Below are positions 35,661-43,198 of a DNA stretch of 43,198 bases, piece by piece. The stretch is from assembly GCA_963621425.1 (NCBI GenBank), contig CAVFEO010000001.1, positions 1-43,198 of the forward strand. The letters are read 5' to 3'. The notes under the pieces were generated by a model. It was not told the origin of the DNA, searched no databases, and saw only the letters and a program-made list of their open reading frames with translations. A program made the position numbers and the translations under genes. The DNA comes from a bacterium (GTDB taxonomy: Bacteria; Bacillota; Clostridia; Christensenellales; UBA1242). How positions within the stretch are numbered: position 1 is the stretch's first letter; every line of letters starts with the position of its first letter.

Positions 35661-36746
35661 ACCATCGTTTTGTTCGCAAGAAACTTTAATATAATTTTCT
35701 ATTTCTCTATTTAAATCTTTTAAATGCATTTTTAAACTTAATTGTTTATCGCAAAAAGATTGAAATGCTTTCTCTCTTTGTTTTAAATCCTGTTGATATT
35801 TGTTAAATAGTTCTAAATCGCTATCAATTTTATCAATGCTAAATCTAGGGTAAGTAATTTCATAAAATTCTTGTAGGTAAGATTTTTTGCCTTCTTCAGA
35901 TTGTTTTATATATTCGTTCTTGCATTTTTGTGCTTTTTGCATATGCTCAATTGATTTTTTATAAGCAGAAAGAACTTCTTTATATTCTTGTTCTAAATCT
36001 TTTTTGTCTTTAAAAATTTGATTATCAATATCAGTTAATGTTTTACCATTATTTTTAGTTTTTAATGCAACTAAAAAGTTTTTCATTTTCTCTTCAAACT
36101 CGTTTATGTTTGCAGTGTGCATTTGTAAGTGCCTAAAAGCACCTTCGTAGGCAATAATATCTTCACTAAATTTTAATAAAGTAGCACAAAAATTAGAAGA
36201 TTCTTCGACAATGTTAGAATTTAAAATAATATCAATGGATTCGTTAGACTTAATTAAATTTAAATCCAAATCAAAGCAAAGGTCAATAAAAGCAAGCATT
36301 CCTTTTAGTTCTTCGCTAGAAAAATTATAAGGAGGATTGTTTATTATTGCTTTTGGTTTTTCGTTAGCAATTTTGTAAAACCTTTTCCAGTTGTTTACGG
36401 TAGATTTTTTTAGTGCTAACAATGTTTTTTCGCAAGGGTTATTTCTAAATTCTTTAATATAATTAGCCTTCTCAACTGTGTCAAATTCATAAGGTTGTTG
36501 TGCCCCCATTTCAAGACTATCTATTTCAATTTCTTCTACAAGTTCGCGGGCAAGGCGGTCGAGTTCTGCATCATCAAGTTTGTCAAAAATTTCAGTATCA
36601 CTTAAACCTGGGAATTTTGCTCTAGTTTCTTCATCAAAATCAACATTAAAATTTGAAAGGTTAACAGAAAGACCGCTTCCTTTTAATTGTTTTTCAATTC
36701 TCTTTTTCATATCTGATTGAACATTTTGCCTTAAATTATTATCCAT
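35649..36746 (-). CDS. hypothetical protein (365 aa), acidic N-terminus and K/E-rich coiled-coil C-terminal half
   Basis: TAGGAGA RBS, own promoter and terminator. The only motif noticed is NPPY at residues 137-140 (nt 36327-36338), without other methyltransferase motifs. Confidence 0.6.
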   Translation of the reverse strand: MDNNLRQNVQSDMKKRIEKQLKGSGLSVNLSNFNVDFDEETRAKFPGLSDTEIFDKLDDAELDRLARELVEEIEIDSLEMGAQQPYEFDTVEKANYIKEFRNNPCEKTLLALKKSTVNNWKRFYKIANEKPKAIINNPPYNFSSEELKGMLAFIDLCFDLDLNLIKSNESIDIILNSNIVEESSNFCATLLKFSEDIIAYEGAFRHLQMHTANINEFEEKMKNFLVALKTKNNGKTLTDIDNQIFKDKKDLEQEYKEVLSAYKKSIEHMQKAQKCKNEYIKQSEEGKKSYLQEFYEITYPRFSIDKIDSDLELFNKYQQDLKQREKAFQSFCDKQLSLKMHLKDLNREIENYIKVSCEQNDGRQA

Positions 36747-36782
36747 ATATATTTATCTCCTAGTTATCACTTTTCGGTTAAA

Positions 36783-36811
36783 AGTATACAAAGTTTAGGG
36801 TAAAATGTCAA
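36783..36811 (-). promoter_or_regulatory. near-consensus sigma-A promoter for the 365-aa gene
   Basis: On the minus strand: TTGACA (36811-36806), 17-nt spacer, TATACT (36788-36783). Confidence 0.6.
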
Positions 36812-36855
36812 TATGTGAAAATTTTTAAAAGGTATATAAATTGATTAATAAAGCA

Positions 36856-37665
36856 CTATTGTTGATGTTTTTTAAAGTAAAAATGTTCAAAAATAGCAAC
36901 AGCAAAATACATAATTGATGCAAGAACGCAAAGTATTAGTGTGCTTGCCATAACTAAATCTAACTTAAATACAGCACCGCCATAAACAATTAAATAACCA
37001 AGACCCGCTTTGCTTACAAGGTATTCTCCCATAATAGTTCCAACCCAAGTTAAGCCAACATTAATTTTAAGAACAGAAATAAATTCTGGCACGCTTTGAG
37101 GCAAAACAAGTTTAGTTAGAATTTGCCACTTGTTAGCACCAAAAGATTGCATTAGCGCAATTTTATCTTTATCGCAGGCAAGAAAAGAACTTAAAAAAGA
37201 TAGGGTAGTTACAATTATCATAATTAAAATTGCCATAACAATTATGCTTTTAGCTCCAACACCACACCAAATTATAATAAGTGGTCCAAGTGCAATTTTG
37301 GGCAAACTATTAAGTACCACAATGTATGGCTCAAGCACTTTGCGTAATGTATCGCTACGCCACAAAAGCACTGCAACAATAAAGGCAAGTGCGGTTGCTA
37401 TAACAAACGCCAAAATAGCCTCGTAAAGTGTGGTCCAAATGTGTTGCCACAAATTTCCTTTTGTGTAAAGGTCTGCAATGGTGTTTGCCATTCTAGATGG
37501 GCTAGATGTATACAAAACATTAATAATTCCGGCATTAGCACACACTTCCCACAATACTAAAGCGCCAATTAAAATTAATAGTTGCAAGCATAGGATAAGT
37601 GCTTTTTTCTTTTTTATTTTAGTTAAAAATTTTTTATGTTCTGCGCTGTAAGTGTTATTTTTCAT
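36856..37665 (-). CDS. ABC transporter permease (NitT/TauT nitrate/sulfonate/bicarbonate-type)
   Basis: 269 aa, 6 TM helices, BPD_transp_1-type loop (ALMQSFGANKWQILTKLVLPQSVPEF). Overlaps the ATPase gene by 11 nt. Confidence 0.85.
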   Translation of the reverse strand: MKNNTYSAEHKKFLTKIKKKKALILCLQLLILIGALVLWEVCANAGIINVLYTSSPSRMANTIADLYTKGNLWQHIWTTLYEAILAFVIATALAFIVAVLLWRSDTLRKVLEPYIVVLNSLPKIALGPLIIIWCGVGAKSIIVMAILIMIIVTTLSFLSSFLACDKDKIALMQSFGANKWQILTKLVLPQSVPEFISVLKINVGLTWVGTIMGEYLVSKAGLGYLIVYGGAVFKLDLVMASTLILCVLASIMYFAVAIFEHFYFKKHQQ

Positions 37666-38410
37666 ATCGCTTCATTTCTCTCCAAATTTGGTCAAAATAG
37701 GTGTTAAACTTTGCTTGTTCTCTGCGTTCAAAAGGGGATAAAGATTTATCAAATTTAATGTCAACAATTTTCGCAACTTTTGCAGGCCTTGATGATAGCA
37801 CAATAACTTTATCGCTCATACTAATTGCTTCGTGTATATCGTGCGTTACAAGTATTGCAGTTTTATTTTCGCTTTTAATTATGTTATATACATCATCACA
37901 CACATCAAGCCGTGTTTGAAAATCTAGGGCAGAAAAAGGTTCATCCAAAAGCAAAATTTCTGGTTTTAAGGCAAGCGTTCTAATTAAAGAGGCTCTTTGT
38001 TTCATTCCACCACTAATGGCGTTTGGCATATGGTGTAAAAAGTCGCCCAAGCCATATTTTTTTGCAAGGTTAATAACATAATCCACATTTTCTTTGGTCT
38101 TTTTGCCTTGTACTTCAAGCCCTAAAAGCAAATTGTCCAAAATGCTTCTCCACGGAAAAAGCAAATCCCTTTGGAACATATATCCGCAAGGGTGGGTGCT
38201 TTTGCTCTTTATTACAACGCTTCCGCCACTGGGTTTTATAAGGGAAGAAATTATAGAAAGAATTGTGGTTTTTCCGCAACCACTTGGGCCAACCAAAGAA
38301 ACAAACTCGCCCGCATTTATGTTAAAAGATATATCATCTAGTGCGCGCGTTTCGCCTTGTTTGGTGTGGTAATTTAAACTGATATTTTTGCAACTAAGAA
38401 TGTGCTCCAT
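37655..38410 (-). CDS. ABC transporter ATP-binding protein (NitT/TauT family)
   Basis: Start at the ATG at 38410 (AAGGAG RBS). Walker A GPSGCGKTT, Q-loop, signature ISGGMKQRA, Walker B LLLDEPFSALD, H-loop VTHD. Confidence 0.9.
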   Translation of the reverse strand: MEHILSCKNISLNYHTKQGETRALDDISFNINAGEFVSLVGPSGCGKTTILSIISSLIKPSGGSVVIKSKSTHPCGYMFQRDLLFPWRSILDNLLLGLEVQGKKTKENVDYVINLAKKYGLGDFLHHMPNAISGGMKQRASLIRTLALKPEILLLDEPFSALDFQTRLDVCDDVYNIIKSENKTAILVTHDIHEAISMSDKVIVLSSRPAKVAKIVDIKFDKSLSPFERREQAKFNTYFDQIWREMKRYEK

Positions 38411-38501
38411 AATTAAAAACTCCTTATATTTCAGTATATATACCATTATTGTAATTTGTTAATAATGTAATAAAAAAGCAAAAGATGAATATGTATACAA
38501 T

Positions 38502-38759
38502 ATGTTTAAAGGCAAAGATAAAAATGTAAGTTCAACTTTTAGTAAGTTACTACAAGCGTATAAGGTTATGAACTTTAATGGTAAAGAATTGTATGTTATG
38601 GGCATAGAACGCATAATAAAATTTAGTGCAGAAGAAGTGGTTTTGTTATTAAAAAATGTGCAAAAATTATGCATTTATGGCGAAAAATTAGTTATCACAG
38701 AGTGCGATAAAAGTGCAATTATGCTAACTGGCACAATTATAAAGACTGAGGTGGAATAA
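38502..38759 (+). CDS. yqfC: sporulation protein YqfC (YabP family)
   Basis: 85 aa. Pattern ...NGKELYVMGIERIIKFSAEEVVLLLKNVQKLCIYGEKLVITECDKSAIMLTGTIIKTE is typical of YqfC. Followed directly by yqfD. Confidence 0.75.
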   Translation: MFKGKDKNVSSTFSKLLQAYKVMNFNGKELYVMGIERIIKFSAEEVVLLLKNVQKLCIYGEKLVITECDKSAIMLTGTIIKTEVE

Positions 38760-39875
38760 GTGGTGCTTAAATGCAGGTTTAGTATTTCTGGTTTAAATGC
38801 AGAACGCAAATTCAATGCACTAATTAAAGGCAATATAGAAGTTTTAAATGTTGTAAGGCAAGAAAAAACTATTTTTTTTGAAGTTGCGAGCAAACACAAA
38901 CGCGCAGTACAAAACTTTTTAAAGCAAAATAATTGCAACTTTAATTGCGAGTATATTGGGCTTGCTCTTGTTTTAGATAGGTTAAAGTTTAAATTTGGTC
39001 TAATGTGTGGGGTGGCGTTATTTATTGCGCTTTTAATATTTTCAGCAAGCGTTGTAATGCAAGTGCGCATAACTGGCAACAAGAATATAACAAACCAGCA
39101 AATAATGCAGGTGCTTTACCAAAATGGCGTACATCTATGGGGTGCTAAAACAAATTATGATGTTGAGCAGATTGGTAACATAATAGTAGATAACTTTACA
39201 GAAATTTCATTTTCTAGTGTAATAATAAGGGGCAACGCCTTAGTTATAAGTGTAAAAGAAAATCCAGCAGAAAAAAAGCCTAAATATACCGCCCTCAAAG
39301 CAAACTGTTCTGGCGTTATTACCGGCTTAAAAATTAGGCGTGGTACAAGTTTAGTTAAAGTTGGCGATGTTGTTCAGGCTGGGCAAATAATAGTTGAACC
39401 ATACGAGGTTTTGCACGGCGAACGCGTACTTGTTGAGCCAGATGCAGAAGTTTTTGCAACATCTTACATCAAGGGAGAAGTTCAGTATAATTCTCGCGGG
39501 TTTTTGCGTGGGCGTGTTGGGGATGAGTATTCTGTAAGAGAAATGCATATTTTGGGTTTGCGTGTTCCGTGCGTAGCAAAAGGCGATGCAAGCGTGCTAA
39601 ATAGTGAATATGAGGTGGAAGTTGAAGAGCAAGTTATTAATACTATTTTGCAGGTAAAACAAATAATAACGCACTACTTTAAAATTGGCGATACAATTAA
39701 GGCCGATTACGAGCGAGATAAAGAGGCGCTTGCTCGGCAGTCGCAATATTTAGCGTTAGAGCAAATTGATAACAAAAACGATATAAAAAACATAAGCACG
39801 CAAACAATAGAGGTGGACGGTGTGTATTACATAACAACTTACATAGAAATTAACAAAAATATTTTAAGCGAATAA
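38760..39875 (+). CDS. yqfD: sporulation protein YqfD
   Basis: 371 aa (GTG start). The N-terminal domain, a single central TM helix (GLMCGVALFIALLIFSASVV), MQVRITGNKNIT and the C-terminal beta-rich domain are colinear with B. subtilis YqfD. Confidence 0.75.
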   Translation: MVLKCRFSISGLNAERKFNALIKGNIEVLNVVRQEKTIFFEVASKHKRAVQNFLKQNNCNFNCEYIGLALVLDRLKFKFGLMCGVALFIALLIFSASVVMQVRITGNKNITNQQIMQVLYQNGVHLWGAKTNYDVEQIGNIIVDNFTEISFSSVIIRGNALVISVKENPAEKKPKYTALKANCSGVITGLKIRRGTSLVKVGDVVQAGQIIVEPYEVLHGERVLVEPDAEVFATSYIKGEVQYNSRGFLRGRVGDEYSVREMHILGLRVPCVAKGDASVLNSEYEVEVEEQVINTILQVKQIITHYFKIGDTIKADYERDKEALARQSQYLALEQIDNKNDIKNISTQTIEVDGVYYITTYIEINKNILSE

Positions 39876-39930
39876 AACCTTTGCGTTTTAGTGCTTTTTG
39901 TGTTAACATATAAATAATTAGAGGTAGTGT

Positions 39931-40425
39931 ATGATTTATTTATTAAACGAAGAAAAATATGTTGATGATAATACATTTAATGTGCTGGAAAAATTGTTTA
40001 ATCAGGCACTTAAATACACAAAGCAAAAGAGCAAAAAGTTGTGCGTTTCGCTTCAGTTTGTAAGTTTGGAAGAAATTCACGAGTTAAACAAAAGTGCGCG
40101 TGGGGTAGATAGAGCAACAGATATATTATCTTTTCCGCTAACGGAAGTAAAAGCGGGCGAAGTTATAAACATAAAAGATTATCCCTTTGATGTAGACAGG
40201 GAAACTGGCGAACTTAGCATTGGCGACCTTGTTGTTTGCTTAGATAAAATTAAAGAGCAGGCAAAAGAGTATGGGCATAGCGAGATGAGAGAGCTTTGCT
40301 ATTTGTTCACCCACGGAGTGTTGCATTTGCTTGGTTATGACCACGAACAAGAAAAAGATAAGGCTATAATGCGCAAGGCGGAAGAAGAAATTTTAGAAAA
40401 AGTAGATTCTTCATTAAAAAGGTAA
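39931..40425 (+). CDS. ybeY: rRNA maturation endoribonuclease YbeY
   Basis: 164 aa. Zinc motif HGVLHLLGYDH and TDILSFP. Confidence 0.9.
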   Translation: MIYLLNEEKYVDDNTFNVLEKLFNQALKYTKQKSKKLCVSLQFVSLEEIHELNKSARGVDRATDILSFPLTEVKAGEVINIKDYPFDVDRETGELSIGDLVVCLDKIKEQAKEYGHSEMRELCYLFTHGVLHLLGYDHEQEKDKAIMRKAEEEILEKVDSSLKR

Positions 40426-40427
40426 TA

Positions 40428-40457
40428 AAAGCACCCTTTAACAGGGTGCTTTTTTGT
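40428..40457 (+). terminator. rho-independent terminator after ybeY
   Basis: Stem AGCACCCT (40430-40437) / AGGGTGCT (40443-40450) plus a T-run. Confidence 0.8.
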
Positions 40458-40485
40458 TTTGCATCTAAACAAAACAACACTTTTG

Positions 40486-40494
40486 TGGTATAAT
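40486..40494 (+). promoter_or_regulatory. extended -10 promoter element for the small-ORF cassette
   Basis: TGGTATAAT (TG at 40486-40487, TATAAT at 40489-40494). The -35 is weak. Confidence 0.4.
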
Positions 40495-40553
40495 TATAAT
40501 AGATAAAAAGATGAATAAATAATTAAAAAAATATAACTAAAAAGGAGTGAAAG

Positions 40554-40712
40554 ATGATAAAATTAACAACTTTAGATAAATTTAAATTAAAACACTCAAC
40601 ATTTTTAAGTGAAGGAGATGCTAAATTCATTGTAAGCCACTTGGGTAATTATTCTATAGAAGATGTAAAAATTATGTATAACTTAATAAATCAGGCACGC
40701 AATAAAGCATAA
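40554..40712 (+). CDS. small hypothetical ORF (52 aa), below the ORF-track threshold
   Basis: AAAAGGAGTG RBS 5 nt before the ATG at 40554. MIKLTTLDKFKLKHSTFLSEGDAKFIVSHLGNYSIEDVKIMYNLINQARNKA. Its TAA (40710-40712) is in frame with the downstream ORF. Confidence 0.35.
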   Translation: MIKLTTLDKFKLKHSTFLSEGDAKFIVSHLGNYSIEDVKIMYNLINQARNKA

Positions 40713-40829
40713 AACAACATCTATAAAATAGAAAAAAAGGGCGGGCTTGCAAACATTGAAGAAGCGTACAATTATTATACAACAAGGATTAATCTTTTCC
40801 ATAAATATTCTGCAATAGGCGTTACAATT

Positions 40830-41081
40830 ATGGCAATATCTGCTGTTGCAAATAATATTTATGGCCCACACATTTGTGCGTTTGCTGGCTTTTTTGCCGG
40901 ACTATTAACTATGGCTTACGGGTGCAGTAAGACTGACTATATAGTATATAAAGATAAAAGTTGCTATCCTATCTTGAAGCACGAGGCAAAATATGCAGAA
41001 GATGTTTTAAACAAAACAAACAAGGTGTTTGAAAAAGTTGAAGAGCATCTTAATTGCGGGAGAGATTTGGCTAATATATAA
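40830..41081 (+). CDS. small hypothetical membrane protein (83 aa from ATG; reading frame is open upstream back to the 40710 TAA)
   Basis: The ATG at 40830 lies inside a hydrophobic segment (YSAIGVTIMAISAVANNIY) and has a poor SD. A second TM segment is ICAFAGFFAGLLTMAYG. Confidence 0.4.
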   Translation: MAISAVANNIYGPHICAFAGFFAGLLTMAYGCSKTDYIVYKDKSCYPILKHEAKYAEDVLNKTNKVFEKVEEHLNCGRDLANI

Positions 41082-41088
41082 AAAGTAA

Positions 41089-41119
41089 AAAGTGAAGAGA
41101 AAAATCTTCACTTTTTTAT
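41089..41119 (+). terminator. rho-independent terminator after the small-ORF cassette
   Basis: Stem AGTGAAGA (41091-41098) / TCTTCACT (41105-41112) plus a T-run. Confidence 0.8.
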
Positions 41120-41194
41120 ATTCAGAGCATTAAAATATGTACAAAAGCAAAAAAATGTGGTAATATATATGCAATTAAATATAAAGAGGGGATA

Positions 41195-42103
41195 ATGGAA
41201 GAAAAAAAATTTAGCATAGGAACAGTTTGTTTGGTTGGTAAGTCTAATGTGGGTAAAAGTTCGCTAATTAACGCAATAATTCGCGAGAAAGTTAGCATTG
41301 TTTCGCCTAAACCCCAAACTACAAGAGATAATATAATTGGTGTGTATAATGATGAAAATAGTCAAATTGTGTTTATAGATACACCAGGACTTTTTAAAAG
41401 TGATAGCAAACTTGGCGATGCAATGAACAAAGGCGTAAGGCAAGCGCGTGATGATGCTGATGTTATTTTGGTGCTTGTTGATGGCTCTAAAGGTATAAAA
41501 GATGAGGATATAACTTTTGTACAAAGTTTTTCTAAGTTTGATAATGTTATACTTGTTGTTACAAAAACAGATTTAACTACATTTGAAAAACTTTATCCGC
41601 ATTTAGATAAAGTTAATAAATTATCATTTTTAGCAGATATTGTGCCAATTTCTAGCCACAAAAACAGAAATGTTGATGTGCTAATTGATGCTGTTAAAAA
41701 ATTGTTGCCAAAGGGTGATAAAAAAGATTTTATGTTCGATACTGATATGTTTACAAACAAATCGGTTAAGTTTATGGCGGGCGAAATTATAAGAGAAAAG
41801 TTATTGCTTGCACTTGATGATGAAGTGCCTCATGGCATAGCAATACATATTTACAAGTGGGAAGAGGGGTATAGTTTAGCAAAAATATATGTAGATATCA
41901 TCTGCGAAAAAGAACGCCACAAGCCACTTATAATTGGTAAAAGGGGCGCTATGCTTAAAAAGGTTGGGCAAAATGCTAGAATTGATATAGAAAAAATGCT
42001 TGGTAAACAAGTGTATTTAGAAATGTTTGTAAAGGTTAAAGAAAACTGGAAAAATAATGCAGATGTGCTTGCAACATTGCGTAAAGATGAGGATGCAAAT
42101 TAA
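41195..42103 (+). CDS. era: GTPase Era
   Basis: 302 aa. G1 GKSNVGKSSL, G3 DTPG, G4 TKTD, C-terminal KH domain (ERHKPLIIGKRGAMLKKVG). Confidence 0.95.
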   Translation: MEEKKFSIGTVCLVGKSNVGKSSLINAIIREKVSIVSPKPQTTRDNIIGVYNDENSQIVFIDTPGLFKSDSKLGDAMNKGVRQARDDADVILVLVDGSKGIKDEDITFVQSFSKFDNVILVVTKTDLTTFEKLYPHLDKVNKLSFLADIVPISSHKNRNVDVLIDAVKKLLPKGDKKDFMFDTDMFTNKSVKFMAGEIIREKLLLALDDEVPHGIAIHIYKWEEGYSLAKIYVDIICEKERHKPLIIGKRGAMLKKVGQNARIDIEKMLGKQVYLEMFVKVKENWKNNADVLATLRKDEDAN

Positions 42104-42154
42104 ATTTTAATTTTAAAAATTACATAAAAACTAAAATAAAAGGATTAATTACAT

Positions 42155-42952
42155 ATGAAAAAGGGAATTTCCAACTTTTTTGGATATGAATACGACTACA
42201 ATCAAATTTACAAAGATATTAAAAATGCTGGGTTTGATTGCATTATGTCTAGCAGTGATAAAAACTTTTTTTACCAAACAGGAAATATGAAATTCCAAGC
42301 AAAAGCAATGAAAGAATTATCACTCTTGCCAGACAGTTTACACTCTACATATAAAACAGATGATTTGCCATATTTTTTTAAAAGTGGGTTAAAGGGGTAT
42401 AAGATGCTTTGCTCGCTTAAGCGTGATGTTAAAATTGCACAAAAGTATGGATATAAGTTTTTAGTTGTGCATCTAGAAGGTGAGTTGTCTACAATAGGTG
42501 TTAATAGAGTGGAAAAGTTAGTTGAGTTTGGGGAAAAACACAATGTAATTATTGCTATAGAAAACTTAATTGCAAACCGCAATATTCTTGCTTATTTATT
42601 TGAGCATATTAAAAGTGATTATTTGCGTTTTTGCTTTGATGCTGGGCACGAAAATTGCTTTGCAGGGCAAATGGGCGTTTTAGAACAATTTGCCGATAAA
42701 CTTGTTTGCTTGCATCTTCATAGTAATGATGGAGCAAGTGATATGCACACTCTAAACAAGTATGGTACAGTTAATTGGAATAGAATTGCACGCGTGCTTG
42801 CATCACTTAAAAATTGTGATGATATTGTATTAAATTATGAACTTATTATGCGATATAGAACAAAAAAAGATACCGCTCAAAGCGTTTTAAAAGAGTGCTT
42901 TGCTCAGGCTTGTGAGCTAGAGGAAATGATTAAAAAGTATAAACAAAATTAA
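42155..42952 (+). CDS. sugar phosphate isomerase/epimerase family protein (xylose isomerase-like TIM barrel)
   Basis: 265 aa. Strand-end motifs LVVHLEG, IAIENL, FCFDAGHEN and LHLHSNDG are typical of the AP_endonuc_2 TIM-barrel family. Confidence 0.7.
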   Translation: MKKGISNFFGYEYDYNQIYKDIKNAGFDCIMSSSDKNFFYQTGNMKFQAKAMKELSLLPDSLHSTYKTDDLPYFFKSGLKGYKMLCSLKRDVKIAQKYGYKFLVVHLEGELSTIGVNRVEKLVEFGEKHNVIIAIENLIANRNILAYLFEHIKSDYLRFCFDAGHENCFAGQMGVLEQFADKLVCLHLHSNDGASDMHTLNKYGTVNWNRIARVLASLKNCDDIVLNYELIMRYRTKKDTAQSVLKECFAQACELEEMIKKYKQN

Positions 42953-42960
42953 AAAATTAA

Positions 42961-42989
42961 AAGGCAAAAGAAAATTTTGTCTTTTTTTG
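42961..42989 (+). terminator. rho-independent terminator
   Basis: Stem GGCAAAA (42963-42969) / TTTTGTC (42975-42981) plus T7. Confidence 0.6.
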
Positions 42990-43017
42990 TGATTATTATA
43001 AAAATTTAAAAAAGTAC

Positions 43018-43046
43018 TTGATTTTTTGCAATATGTACTATATAAT
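43018..43046 (+). promoter_or_regulatory. sigma-A type promoter at window edge
   Basis: TTGATT (43018-43023), 17-nt spacer, TATAAT (43041-43046). Confidence 0.5.
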
Positions 43047-43052
43047 AAATGT

Positions 43053-43150
43053 AACGATTATTTTTAATGTAACAGTGCTTTTGCACTTTAATATTATGTT
43101 TAACCTTAGGTTAAAATTGTTTTAGCATAAACATATGCTATTTGTTTTTT
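43053..43150 (+). ncRNA. candidate small RNA or 5' leader (~100 nt) ending in an intrinsic terminator
   Basis: No ORF with an SD. Hairpins AGTGC/GCACT (43074-43087) and TTTAACC/GGTTAAA (43099-43115), terminator TAGCATA/TATGCTA (43123-43140) plus TTTGTTTTTT, and a second terminator-like hairpin at 43157-43184. Confidence 0.3.
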
Positions 43151-43198
43151 GTTTGCTAACACATCTATGTGTTAATGCTTTTTTGCGCTAAATTAAAG

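Noticed and set aside
36327-36338. NPPY tetrapeptide (AIINNPPYN) in the 365-aa orphan, suggesting an N6-adenine or N4-cytosine methyltransferase.
   Set aside because: No SAM-binding motif I (FxGxG or similar) or other MTase motifs are visible upstream or downstream. The surrounding sequence looks helical and coiled-coil rather than Rossmann-like. I treat it as a chance tetrapeptide unless fold prediction says otherwise.
4361-40712. Possible stop-codon reassignment (TAG, TAA or TGA) to explain the in-frame stops at 4361-4363 and 40710-40712.
   Set aside because: TAA, TAG and TGA each terminate conserved genes at the expected lengths. Examples are TAA for parC, parE and ychF, TAG for the YkvI-like gene, and TGA for spoIIR and the spoIVFB-like gene. 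No conserved gene needs an internal stop to be read through. Standard code 11 fits.
1-43198. Search for CRISPR arrays, tRNA/rRNA genes, IS elements, integrases, phage genes and toxin-antitoxin pairs.
   Set aside because: No regularly spaced direct repeats were seen by eye. No tRNA T-arm consensus (GGTTCGAATCC-like) and no transposase, recombinase or phage-like ORFs were seen either. This visual scan cannot exclude short or degenerate elements.

Overview
This 43.2 kb window is AT-rich (roughly 30% GC by eye) and looks like chromosomal core from an endospore-forming Firmicute of Clostridia type. Most genes are housekeeping: a P-type ATPase, a type IIA topoisomerase pair that looks like ParE/ParC, MscS, YchF, UppP, HU, RecF, ACP, trigger factor-ClpP-ClpX, SerS, archaeal-type ProRS, YbeY and Era. 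These are interleaved with sporulation and germination genes: veg, a SipL-like DUF3794/LysM protein, spoIIR-sleB-ypeB, a SpoIVFB-like M50 protease, yqfC-yqfD and a membrane-anchored LytM protein. I saw no rRNA or tRNA genes, CRISPR arrays, transposases, integrases or phage genes. I also could not recognise a multi-gene defence or mobile island. What is unexplained sits in small single-gene or two-gene inserts, each with its own promoter and terminator, placed between conserved genes. (1) An orphan 333-aa protein between serS and spoIIR has an alpha/beta-hydrolase-like nucleophile elbow carrying Cys (SHCFG). (2) An ArsR/SmtB regulator is co-oriented with a very Cys-rich 411-aa protein that resembles a degenerate DHQS/glycerol-1-P-dehydrogenase fold, and is divergent from a 61-aa two-TM peptide ending in a CCC motif. 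(3) A SipW-like signal-peptidase homologue has both catalytic residues replaced and may be translated from a leaderless mRNA. (4) An orphan 365-aa coiled-coil protein sits behind a near-consensus promoter. (5) A small membrane-protein cassette between ybeY and era is split by an in-frame TAA. (6) A promoter followed by about 100 nt of hairpins and tandem terminators at the 3' edge could be a small RNA or leader. Three accessory ORFs carry an in-frame stop or a frameshift, which means either gene decay or assembly error. All functional calls come from motif and architecture recognition by eye. No database searches were run.
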